The notes below the pieces were generated by a model. The model was not told the origin of the DNA. It was given only the letters and a program-made list of their open reading frames with translations, and ran no database searches. The position numbers and the translations under genes were made by a program. Of a stretch of DNA of 64,000 nt, positions 39,423-48,131 are shown piece after piece (the first letter of the stretch is position 1; each line of letters begins with the position of its first letter). Source of the DNA: Candidatus Dormiibacterota bacterium. Lineage in GTDB: Bacteria > Chloroflexota > Dormibacteria > Aeolococcales > Aeolococcaceae. Location of the stretch: assembly GCA_963718525.1 (NCBI GenBank), contig OY970355.1, positions 160,001 to 224,000 of the forward strand, given 5' to 3'.

Positions 39423-39563
39423 CTCTTCACAAGAATTGGGAGTTCCTTTACTGCTATCCTGAGAAGCGAGGGTTACAGTCAAGGCCGCAGCCCGAAGGCT
39501 GCCCACGTGTGAAACTCATTCCCTTCCTGAAAGGCCGGAGGGTTCCCCCTCCGGTCTTTTTTT
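39398..39563 (+). ncRNA. Candidate small RNA, 6S-like
   Basis: TG-C-TACGCT extended -10 at 39389-39397, own terminator, AT-richer structured body with GCTGACATCT..CACAAGAATTGGGAG and CCCAC motifs recalling the 6S central bubble. Confidence 0.45.
39531..39563 (+). terminator. Rho-independent terminator on + strand
   Basis: AGGCCGGAGGG-ttcc-CCCTCCGGTC stem followed by a 7-T run, although both flanking CDS are on the - strand. Confidence 0.8.
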
Positions 39564-39667
39564 GCCCGGCGACGGTCACAAGGCGCCCGATCGCCGATCG
39601 CGCGCTCGAAGGAGTTGGCTCACGCGAGGGATGCTGACATAGGCGTCAGCCCCACGGACGCGCGGCG

Positions 39668-40675
39668 TCAGGCGGCGGTTGTGATCCGCTGTGCGCCGGC
39701 GGGAGCGATCGCGAGCATGCGATCGATGGCCCCACGTGCCTGGGCCGCGATCGTCGCGTCGACCGTGACCCGGGGGGCCATGCGCTCGAGGGAGCGGGCC
39801 ACCTTCTCCAGCGTGATCTTCTTCATGTAGGGACAGACCGCAGCCTCTGAGGCCGCGAGGAATCGTTTGCCTGGCGATTGTTCGCGCATGCGATGGAGGA
39901 TGCCGACCTCGGTCGCGACGATGAAGGTGCTGGCCGAGGAGGCGGCGGCGCGCCGGACCATGCCCTCGGTCGAGGTCACCACCGTCGCCGGGCCGGCGAG
40001 GTCGCCGGAGGACATGCGATACATCGTCGACGAGGTGCACCCGCACTCGGGGTGGATGAGCAGCTCCGCATCCGGGTGCTCGCGACGCAAGGCATCGAGC
40101 CGCTCCGGGACGATGCCGGCATGCACGTGGCACTCGCCCATCCAGACGTGCAACCGGCGACCCGTGACCCGCTCCAGGTGAGCGCCGAGAAACATGTCCG
40201 GGCAGAAGAGGATCTCCCGGTCCAGCGGGATCGAGCGGATCACAGCCTCGGCATTTGACGAGGTGCAGCAGTAGTCGGAAAGGGCTTTGACCTCGGCGGT
40301 GGTGTTCACGTACGAGACGACGACCGCTCTCGGGTACTGGGCCTTCCAGGCGCGGAGCTGATCGGCGTCGATGGTTGCCGCGAGCGAGCATCCGGCCTCG
40401 AGATCGGGCAGGAGCACCGTCTTCGCCGGGGACAGGATCGCTGCTGTCTCGGCCATGAAGTGCACCCCGCAGAAGACGATCACCGCAGCGTCGGTTGCGG
40501 CGGCCTGCTGGGAGAGCCCGAGCGAATCGCCGACGAAGTCCGCGATGTCCTGGACCTCGGGGCGCTGGTAGTTGTGTGCCAGGATGACCGCGCTGCGCTC
40601 GCGTCGTAACCGCTCGATCCTATCGAGAAGCTCGGCCCGGCCCTCTGTCGCAACGTCCCGCTCTACAGTGATCAT
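39668..40675 (-). CDS. nadA: Quinolinate synthase
   Basis: ILAHNYQ, VFCGVHFMAETA, AGCSLA, YVNT, CHVH, HPEC, CPYMK. Confidence 0.98.
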   Translation of the reverse strand: MITVERDVATEGRAELLDRIERLRRERSAVILAHNYQRPEVQDIADFVGDSLGLSQQAAATDAAVIVFCGVHFMAETAAILSPAKTVLLPDLEAGCSLAATIDADQLRAWKAQYPRAVVVSYVNTTAEVKALSDYCCTSSNAEAVIRSIPLDREILFCPDMFLGAHLERVTGRRLHVWMGECHVHAGIVPERLDALRREHPDAELLIHPECGCTSSTMYRMSSGDLAGPATVVTSTEGMVRRAAASSASTFIVATEVGILHRMREQSPGKRFLAASEAAVCPYMKKITLEKVARSLERMAPRVTVDATIAAQARGAIDRMLAIAPAGAQRITTAA

Positions 40676-40711
40676 CCCGCCACCTGTCCCGTTTCCGGGG
40701 GGTCTGTGGAT

Positions 40712-40739
40712 TTAGGTCAGATTGACCTAAGCAAGTATA
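40712..40739 (-). promoter_or_regulatory. nadA -10 element (TATACT) and adjacent operator, NrtR-like
   Basis: Perfect inverted repeat TTAGGTCA-gat-TGACCTAA (40712-40730) just downstream of TATACT (40739-40734). Confidence 0.7.
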
Positions 40740-40801
40740 GCAGGGTGGGGACGACTGCCAGCGACCGGTTCACAACGCCCTGCTTCGTCTACCGTGGTGC
40801 G

Positions 40802-41344
40802 GTGACGGTGATCGGGGTCGTGGTCCGGCCGAGAAGCACCTTCGCCGCACTGGCAGGCTCGCCGCGTCTCGTGCTCGGGGTCGCAGCGGTGGAGGGGAGC
40901 GGGATCGTCGCCCTCATTCTTGGGCTCGTCGCCAACCGGGTCGGAGGTGGCGGCGGCCCCGGAACGGTTGCGTCCTTGCTCCTGCCACTGCTGTTCCTGG
41001 TGTATTGGGGTGCCGCCGCGCTGATCATCGACGCAGCCGCGGGCCTCGCCGGAAGCGGAGGCCGGTGGCGTCAGTACCTCGCCGTGAGCGGGTTCACCTT
41101 CATCCCTTGGATCGCCTACGCCGTGCTCGCCGTGGTCGAAGCGGCCGCCGGCGCCGGCAGCGCCGCCGAGTCGGTGCTCGCCTGGCTGACGCTGCCGCTG
41201 CTCGCCTGGTTCCTTTACCTGACCGCCCTCGCCGTGTACACCGTGTTCGACGTCTCGCCGTTCGTCGCGGTGGCGCTGGCGATGCTGCCTGACGCAGTCC
41301 TGCTCTTCATCCTGATCGCCCTTCTTGTCGTGGTCAGCGTCTGA
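40802..41344 (+). CDS. Yip1-like membrane protein
   Basis: VVVRPRSTF..L start and five TM helices. Confidence 0.75.
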   Translation: MTVIGVVVRPRSTFAALAGSPRLVLGVAAVEGSGIVALILGLVANRVGGGGGPGTVASLLLPLLFLVYWGAAALIIDAAAGLAGSGGRWRQYLAVSGFTFIPWIAYAVLAVVEAAAGAGSAAESVLAWLTLPLLAWFLYLTALAVYTVFDVSPFVAVALAMLPDAVLLFILIALLVVVSV

Positions 41345-43078
41345 GTGTTTCGCGCGACGATTGACGGCGCATTCTGGCGAAGTCGCGGCGTTGTCATTGG
41401 GACGGTCGCGGCTGCGTATCTCGTCCTTTCAGTGCTGGTCTGCATCAATGCCTGGCGCGCTCCGTCGGCGATCTACATCGGAGAAGGACCTGACCCGGTC
41501 GGCCAGATGTGGGGTATCGCATGGGTGCCGTACGCGGTCGGCCACGCGCTGAATCCGCTGTACACGCACTTCCTCAATCAGCCGGCAGGCACCGACATCC
41601 TGTGGAACACCCCAACGGCGGTGCCGGTCATGGTGCTCTGGCCGGTCACCGCGCTCTTCGGTGCGATGGTCACCTACAACCTCGTGATGACGCTGAGCCT
41701 CGCCCTGGCGTCGTTCTTCGCGTTTCTCGCCATCCGGCGATGGGTGCCCGGTAGCAGCGTCGCCGCCGCGGTTGGCGGACTCCTCTACGGGTTCTCGCCA
41801 TACATGACCGGTCAGCTGCTCGGTCACTACAACCTCGTGCTCTCCGGAGTGACGCCGCCGCTCGCGCTGATGCTCGCTGACGAGATCCTCGTCCGGCAGC
41901 GCTACCGGCCGCGCACGCTGGGGCTGCTCGCCGCGCTCCTCGCCGTCGTGCAGTACTTCATCGCTCAGGAGTTCCTGCTCACCGAGGCGATCGTGGCCGT
42001 CATTCTCGGCGTCGTTCTCGCGGTCACGCATCGTGATGCCGTCCGCAGCCACCTTGGGTTTGTCGGTCGCAGCATCGCCTGGGCGATTCCTCCAACAGCG
42101 CTGTTGCTTGCGTACCCGATATGGCTGCAGTTCCTCGGGCCTGATCATGTCTTCGCGAGCACCGCCATCCACGGCACCGACATCTACGTCACCGATCCCA
42201 CCAACTTCGTCGTGCCGACAGTTGCGCAGCTGATCGCGCCGCCAGTCGCGACCAGCATCTCTTCGCATTTCAGCGGCAACGCCTCGGAATGGGACGCGTA
42301 CCTCGGGATACCGCTCATCCTGTTGCTGGCCCTGGCGACGGTGCGCTTCTGGCGTGTTCCGCAGATCAGGACAGCGGGAGTCCTCGCTGTGGTCATCGCG
42401 GTGCTCTCGCTCGGTCCGCACATCAATGTGCATGGCCACCCGCTGCTGGCGCTGCCACTGCCGTGGTGGATCCCAGCGCACCTACCGGTGCTTGACGACA
42501 TCCTTCCCAATCGTCTGATGGTCTATGTCGACCTTGCAGCGGCGATCATCGTGGCGTTCACCCTGCGCATGCTGTGGCTCATGCGGTCAAGGCCGATGTT
42601 GAACGTCGCCGTTGCAGCCGTCGTCCTGCTCCCACTGGTGCCGACGCTGCCCGCGCAGACCACGCCCCTCACCACCCCCGCAGCGTTCGCCTCCGCCGCA
42701 CCTGCTGCGATCGCTCCGGGGGCAACGGTGCTCTTCGAACCGTTGCCGAGCAGCGACTATCCCCATGCGATGCAGTGGCAGGTCAGCTCCAGGTTCACCT
42801 TCGCGATGATCGGTGGATACATCGCGGGTCCGTACGCACCGGGTGTCGGCACGCTGCAGGAACGCATCCACTCGATTGCGGCGGCGCCGCAGGCGACCCT
42901 CTCGGAGACTGACCGCGTCGACATCCTGCAGCGACTGTTCTCGCTCGGAGTCAACGACATCGTCGTCGGGAGTGGTGCGAGCCCGGGCACGGTATCGCTG
43001 TTCACGCAGGTGTTCCATGCGCCGCCGGCCGAGTTCGACGGGTTCCTTCTCTGGCAGGTGGGCGTGTACCACGGGTGA
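41345..43078 (+). CDS. Multi-TM GT-C-like membrane protein
   Basis: D...W..AW.P, N.P.G..L.WNT, LYGFSPY...Q..GH, YLG.P, LP.R, MQWQ....F.M.GGY. Confidence 0.75.
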   Translation: MFRATIDGAFWRSRGVVIGTVAAAYLVLSVLVCINAWRAPSAIYIGEGPDPVGQMWGIAWVPYAVGHALNPLYTHFLNQPAGTDILWNTPTAVPVMVLWPVTALFGAMVTYNLVMTLSLALASFFAFLAIRRWVPGSSVAAAVGGLLYGFSPYMTGQLLGHYNLVLSGVTPPLALMLADEILVRQRYRPRTLGLLAALLAVVQYFIAQEFLLTEAIVAVILGVVLAVTHRDAVRSHLGFVGRSIAWAIPPTALLLAYPIWLQFLGPDHVFASTAIHGTDIYVTDPTNFVVPTVAQLIAPPVATSISSHFSGNASEWDAYLGIPLILLLALATVRFWRVPQIRTAGVLAVVIAVLSLGPHINVHGHPLLALPLPWWIPAHLPVLDDILPNRLMVYVDLAAAIIVAFTLRMLWLMRSRPMLNVAVAAVVLLPLVPTLPAQTTPLTTPAAFASAAPAAIAPGATVLFEPLPSSDYPHAMQWQVSSRFTFAMIGGYIAGPYAPGVGTLQERIHSIAAAPQATLSETDRVDILQRLFSLGVNDIVVGSGASPGTVSLFTQVFHAPPAEFDGFLLWQVGVYHG

Positions 43079-43106
43079 CCGCGCGACGCCGATCGAGTGA
43101 CAACCG

Positions 43107-44678
43107 GTGACCAGCACCCGCCTTCGCGCCTATTCTTTGCCCGTGACTCCCGAACGGCCGCGTGGCGGCGCGCCAGTCGTCAGCGTCGTCGTCCCGACGC
43201 GCAATGAGGTCAACAACGTCAGGCCGCTGGTCGAGCGAGTCACGGCCGCACTCGCCGCCACGCCGTTCGAGATCTGCTTTGTCGACGACAGCGACGATGC
43301 GACCGCCGATCTGCTGCTGGATCTCGCCTCGTCGAACCCCTCGGTCCGCGCGCTGCTGCGCCAGGGGGCCGACCGCAAAGGCGGGCTGAGCACCGCCGTC
43401 GTCGCCGGGCTGCACATGGCGCGGGGGCGGTACGTCTGCGTTATGGATGCCGATCTGCAGCATCCGCCGGAGCTCATCCCGGTGCTGCTCGCCGAGGCCG
43501 ATCGCGGCGCGGATCTCGTCATCGCGAGCCGCTACGCGCCCGGAGGGAGTCACGAAGGTCTGGGTACGCCCGTGCGCCGCCTGGTGAGCCGCGAGGCCAC
43601 ATTCGTCGCCCGGATGCTGTTCAAGGAGGCGCGTCAGAGCTCGGATCCGCTCTCCGGGTATTTCCTCTGCCGGCGCGCGCTGATCGATGGCATCGAGTTC
43701 CGGCCCGTCGGCTTCAAGATCCTGCTCGAGCTCCTGGTGTGCGTCCCCGACCTGCGCGTCGTGGACGTCCCCGTCACGCAGGCGCCTCGGGCCGAGGGGG
43801 TGAGCAAGGCGACGGCGCGCCAGGGCCTCCTCTACCTCCGCCATCTCCGCTCGCTCTTCTTCGACGTCCCGGGGTCGGCACGTGTGTGGAAATTCGGGCT
43901 GGTTGGGCTCAGCGGGTTGTGCGTGTTCCTGCCGGTGCTGGCGATCCTCGCCGGGGTTGTACGCCTCAACCCGCTGGTCGCCTTCGTTCCCGCGTTCGGG
44001 CTGAGCGCCGCGTGGAACACCGCCATGAACTGGCGGCTCACCTTCGGCGACCAGCGCCGCGGCGGGCGCGGGTCCCGTCACTACCTCGAATTCGCGCTCC
44101 TCAGCGGGTGCGTCATGTTCTGCGTTTTCGCCGTGCTGATCGACATCTGGGTTCCCAGCGTGGTCGCGGGCCTCGCCGCCGCCCTCGTCGCGATGCTCCT
44201 GAACGGGCTTGTCAACCGGGCGCACCTGCACCACACCCCATCCATGTGGGCATCGGTGGCGATCGACCACGGCGTCCAGGGCGGTCTCGCCCGCCTCGCT
44301 GACGAGGTGGGCGCCGACCGCGCCTATCTGCTCCCTGCTCGCGGCGACGCGTCGTCCGGGCTGCCCGAGGGTCTGGTTGCCCACGTCATCGCCCACCGGC
44401 GACCGGTCCTGATCACCGAGGCGGCGTCATACCGGGCGCAGCGGCGGTCCAACATCGAGACGGCGTCGCGAATGCTGCTTCCGGTGGTTCGCGGGGACCA
44501 GGTCGCGGCGGTCGTCGTATGCGAGCGTTTCGCCCCCGGCGGGTTCGAGGCAGCGGCGCTCGAGACCGCCACACTCGCGGTGGCGGCGATCGAGCCGCTG
44601 CTCACCGCTGCTTCGAGCGACCAGCCGGAACGATCCGAGGTTGCTCCGGCGCGAACCGCGCCCGGAGCGGCGAGGTAG
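43107..44678 (+). CDS. Polyprenol-phosphate mannose synthase-like GT2 fused to GtrA-like and GAF-like domains
   Basis: VPTRNE, VDDSDD, GGLSTAVVAG, MDADLQHPP, DPLSGYF, GFKILLE; KFGLVGLSG...WN...N...TF (GtrA); ADRAYL...LLPVVRGDQVAAVV (GAF-like). Confidence 0.85.
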   Translation: MTSTRLRAYSLPVTPERPRGGAPVVSVVVPTRNEVNNVRPLVERVTAALAATPFEICFVDDSDDATADLLLDLASSNPSVRALLRQGADRKGGLSTAVVAGLHMARGRYVCVMDADLQHPPELIPVLLAEADRGADLVIASRYAPGGSHEGLGTPVRRLVSREATFVARMLFKEARQSSDPLSGYFLCRRALIDGIEFRPVGFKILLELLVCVPDLRVVDVPVTQAPRAEGVSKATARQGLLYLRHLRSLFFDVPGSARVWKFGLVGLSGLCVFLPVLAILAGVVRLNPLVAFVPAFGLSAAWNTAMNWRLTFGDQRRGGRGSRHYLEFALLSGCVMFCVFAVLIDIWVPSVVAGLAAALVAMLLNGLVNRAHLHHTPSMWASVAIDHGVQGGLARLADEVGADRAYLLPARGDASSGLPEGLVAHVIAHRRPVLITEAASYRAQRRSNIETASRMLLPVVRGDQVAAVVVCERFAPGGFEAAALETATLAVAAIEPLLTAASSDQPERSEVAPARTAPGAAR

Positions 44679-44764
44679 TTCGAACGGCGGCGGGGGCGCT
44701 CGTCTCCGCACGCGATCGTGTCCTGGCTCGCCGGCGAGACGCCGGACGCCCGGCCCTGTGCTTC

Positions 44765-45298
44765 GTGGGCATCGTTGCTGCCTGCGCGCTGCGCGCCGCC
44801 GCCGGCTCGCCGGACGCCGCCGCATCCATGCCGGCCGGCGTCGTGTTCGCGATCGCGCTCCTGGCGGTGGCGATTGCCGCCGGGTGGCGTCCCGGCCGGC
44901 CGGGACTGACGGCGGCCGGGCTCGGCATTGCCGGAGGTGGGGCGCTGATCGGCGCATGGCTGCTCTCACGCGGCTCGTTCGGCGTCCATCTCGCGCCGCT
45001 CAATGCTGGGCTCGCCCTCTGGACTCCCGTGGTGGCGCTGGTTGCGGTGGCCGAGGAGATCGCCATCCGCGGAGCGCTGTTCACCCTGCTCGCCGCCCGG
45101 TACGGTGATGGCGGAGCCCTGGTCGTGACCGCCCTGCTGTTCGCGGCGATGCACGTTCCGCTGTATGGGATGGGATCGCTCCCGCTGGACCTCGCGGCCG
45201 GACTGCTCCTGGGAGGTCTCCGGATCGTGAGTCGCGGGGTCCTGGCGCCGGCCCTCGCGCACGTCATCGCCGACCTGGCCGGCGGGTGGTTGCTGTGA
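44765..45298 (+). CDS. CPBP (Abi/CAAX) glutamic intramembrane protease
   Basis: AEEIAIRG, LFAAMH, AH...D motifs; true start may be upstream. Confidence 0.85.
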   Translation: MGIVAACALRAAAGSPDAAASMPAGVVFAIALLAVAIAAGWRPGRPGLTAAGLGIAGGGALIGAWLLSRGSFGVHLAPLNAGLALWTPVVALVAVAEEIAIRGALFTLLAARYGDGGALVVTALLFAAMHVPLYGMGSLPLDLAAGLLLGGLRIVSRGVLAPALAHVIADLAGGWLL

Positions 45299-45996
45299 GC
45301 AGGCGCCGCGGGTGGGTCGTGATCGTCGTGTCGATCGTCGCGCTGACACTGGTCTGGCGGTTCCTCCCGACCGGTTCGCCGCCGATCTACGACGGGCAGT
45401 GCATCGCCAACCCCTACGAGACGCTCGGTGACAGTCCCGCCCCGCAGCCGGCGACCAAAACGTTCCCCGCCGCCAAGACCTTTCCCCCGTCGGAGGTGCT
45501 GACCGGCGAGACGCCGCCGCAGGCGCAGATCCTCATGGAGGCAGCCACATTCGACAACTCGACGCCGGTGACGGTGAGCGTCACGCCGATTCCGGCGCCG
45601 GGCGTCAAACCACCCAACGGAACCATCGAAGGCAACGTGTATCGGTTCTCGGCGGTGAGCGCTTCGGGCACCCCGCTCGAACCCTCGCCGTCACTCCCGG
45701 TGTTCATCATCCTGCGGGGGCTGACATCGTCACCGGCGCCCACCATCGATCGATTCAACGGGACGTCGTGGACACCGATCTCCACCCTCAACGCCGGTTG
45801 CGGCAACACGTTTGAGGTCACCTCACCTCAGCTCGGTGAGTTCGCCGCCGTGAAGCCGGGGTCGGCCGCACAGGCACCGCAGCCCCCGGGCGGTGGCATC
45901 CCCGCGGCGGCAATCGTCGGCGGCCTCGCGCTACTCCTGATCATCTCGGTCGTCGTGCTCTTCAGCCTCGACCGCAGGCGCGGCGCCACTCGCTGA
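45295..45996 (+). CDS. Secreted protein with C-terminal membrane anchor
   Basis: N-terminal signal, PPIYDG motif, Pro/Thr-rich beta domain, GGG-TM-DRRR tail. Confidence 0.8.
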   Translation: MSRRRGWVVIVVSIVALTLVWRFLPTGSPPIYDGQCIANPYETLGDSPAPQPATKTFPAAKTFPPSEVLTGETPPQAQILMEAATFDNSTPVTVSVTPIPAPGVKPPNGTIEGNVYRFSAVSASGTPLEPSPSLPVFIILRGLTSSPAPTIDRFNGTSWTPISTLNAGCGNTFEVTSPQLGEFAAVKPGSAAQAPQPPGGGIPAAAIVGGLALLLIISVVVLFSLDRRRGATR

Positions 45997-46016
45997 CCGG
46001 CGCACCCGGCGAATCG

Positions 46017-46850
46017 TCAGGTGCGAAGTCGCGGTGATCCGAGCCAGCTCTCCATCTCGATCAGCCAGCGTTCCCCGGGAGGGCCCATGCCGGCGCCCGG
46101 CACGCCGAGGCGCTGCAGCACGCTGCGCCGCCCGCCGAGCCGGACGGTCAGGTGGTGGGGCAGTGACGCGAGGTCCTGTGCCGTCTCGAGCGCAGTGTCC
46201 TGATCTTCGGCAAGGGCATCGACGAGTTCAAGCTCGATCGCCCGGGTGCCGAGCCAGACCTCACCGGTGGTCACACGCGCGAGCCGTTCGTCGTCGAAGC
46301 CGCGAGCAGCTCGCACCGCCGACGTGAAGCGCCGGAAGATCGCGTCGACGAGCTCGCGCTCATGCGCCTCGTCCTCCGAGGTGGGTTCGCGCCACGGCGC
46401 GCCCAGGTCCTTGAACGGCCCGGTCTTGGTGACTTGGATCCGCGCGCCGGCGCGGCGGAGTGCGTCCACCAGCACCGGGCGGACGCTGATGACGCCGATG
46501 GAACCGACCAGCGCGCTGGGAAATGCGAGCACGCGCGTAGCGGCGCACGCCAGAAAGTACGCGCCGGACGCTCCGACGCCCTTGATCCATGCGACCACCG
46601 GCTTGCGCGCCGCGAGCCGGCGCACGGCGACGTAGAGCTGCTCCGAGGCGATGGCGGTCCCGCCCGGCGAGTCGATCTCGAGGAGGACTGCGCGGATCCT
46701 CGCATTCCGCCGTGCCTGACCGAGCGTGTGGATCAGATCGTCGGTGCGTGTCGCGCCACCGATGGCGCCGCGGACCTGTACGACGGCGATCCGCCTGCGG
46801 TCGGTGATGCCGGCGAGGCGCTCGGACAGACCGCCTTCGGAGATCACCAC
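46017..46850 (-). CDS. sppA: S49 signal peptide peptidase SppA-like
   Basis: IDSPGG, GASGAY, GSIGVI, KTGPFKD, TGEVWLG..A.ELELVD. Confidence 0.92.
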   Translation of the reverse strand: MVISEGGLSERLAGITDRRRIAVVQVRGAIGGATRTDDLIHTLGQARRNARIRAVLLEIDSPGGTAIASEQLYVAVRRLAARKPVVAWIKGVGASGAYFLACAATRVLAFPSALVGSIGVISVRPVLVDALRRAGARIQVTKTGPFKDLGAPWREPTSEDEAHERELVDAIFRRFTSAVRAARGFDDERLARVTTGEVWLGTRAIELELVDALAEDQDTALETAQDLASLPHHLTVRLGGRRSVLQRLGVPGAGMGPPGERWLIEMESWLGSPRLRT

Positions 46851-46917
46851 TGCATGCTAGTCGGCCCGCACTCCCCGGTGGTCAAGCCCTCGTGATCACA
46901 GGCCGGGCGGAGTCCCG

Positions 46918-47994
46918 TCAGTGCTCGCCCGCACCACGCGCAGCCAACGCCTCGCGCAGCGTCGCGGTCACGGTCTGGCCGCTGACGTCCACCACCAATC
47001 CGATGGTGTCGCCGTCATCCCAGCCGCACAGTGCCACCGCCGTGAGCGGCGCCGGCCCGGTCGCGGGAGAGCACATGAAGTCGCTCCCACCGGTCGTTGT
47101 GTTGAGCGTCTTGGCGCTGTTCACGGTCACGCCCTGCGACTTGAGCCCATTGCTGAAGTCGGTGAAGAACTGATTGGTGCTCTTCTCGATGTTCGGCCCC
47201 TGCGCGAGCAATACCACCAGCGTCGGGCGTCCGGCGTCGCCGTAGACGCCGCTGACGACATGGGTGGCGCCGTAGGCCTGCATGACCTTCTCCATCTGCT
47301 GAGTCACCGCCGTCGCCGCCGGCGTGTGAATCGCGGTGAGCGTGCCGATCGCTGACGGTGCCGTGATGGTGTGAGCGGGATGCGCAGGTCCGACAAACCA
47401 TTCGTAGCCGGCGAACCCCAGGATGCCCACGAGGATCACGGAGAGCACGATTCCAAGCTGCTGCCGGCCGGAGAGGTGCCGGCTTCTCGGAGCCGCGGGC
47501 ACCGTCCATCCAGATCTATCTCGGTCGGCATTGGGGAGCGGTCTCGTCTGCCAGGCGGGGGCATCCGTCTCGGCGCGGCCTCGGTTCGACACGAGCGCTT
47601 CGTCGCGGCTGCGGATGTTCCACCCGCTGCCGCCGGGGCTCGTCGGACCGCCAATGTCAAGGGGCTCGGGACGGACGCCGATGCCCGGTGTCGAGAGCCG
47701 CTGCTGACCGACGCCGAGTGAGGCCGGCACGGCTTCGAAGGCGGGCAGCTTGGATGGAGGTCCCTGCGCCGGCGGTGGGGGCACGAGCGGCGACGTCTTG
47801 AGGGTTCGCGGGTCGGGCGTCATGCGCGGCAGGGGTACCCGAGGGGCGGCCTCGAAGGCGAGGTTGGGGCCACCCGTCTCCCGCGCCGGTTCGCGGGGCG
47901 CAGGGGCGCGTTCGAAGTGCGCCGGGTCCTGAACCTTCTTGAATGAGAGGGGAGTTCCGCCGCCCTCCCCGTTGTGCTCGGTCATCGTCTCCAT
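46918..47994 (-). CDS. Hypothetical membrane protein with Pro-rich cytoplasmic region
   Basis: Long low-complexity N-terminus, single TM, C-terminal domain with C...C.W.D..T.G. Confidence 0.75.
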   Translation of the reverse strand: METMTEHNGEGGGTPLSFKKVQDPAHFERAPAPREPARETGGPNLAFEAAPRVPLPRMTPDPRTLKTSPLVPPPPAQGPPSKLPAFEAVPASLGVGQQRLSTPGIGVRPEPLDIGGPTSPGGSGWNIRSRDEALVSNRGRAETDAPAWQTRPLPNADRDRSGWTVPAAPRSRHLSGRQQLGIVLSVILVGILGFAGYEWFVGPAHPAHTITAPSAIGTLTAIHTPAATAVTQQMEKVMQAYGATHVVSGVYGDAGRPTLVVLLAQGPNIEKSTNQFFTDFSNGLKSQGVTVNSAKTLNTTTGGSDFMCSPATGPAPLTAVALCGWDDGDTIGLVVDVSGQTVTATLREALAARGAGEH

Positions 47995-48131
47995 CCCGCG
48001 TAACGCGCGGCGTAGCAATTCGAGATGCCCGCAGCCTATGACGGCGGTCCGGCGGAGCACGGGGTATGTCAGGGCACTGCTGCCGGAGTGTCACGGATGT
48101 GTCACGACGTGTGGCGACCCGATTCGGCACG

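Noticed and set aside
39456-39519. 21-aa - strand micro-ORF (MSFTRGQPSGCGLDCNPRFSG) upstream of pmt
   Set aside because: Supported only by a weak SD; the + strand promoter and terminator explain the region better.
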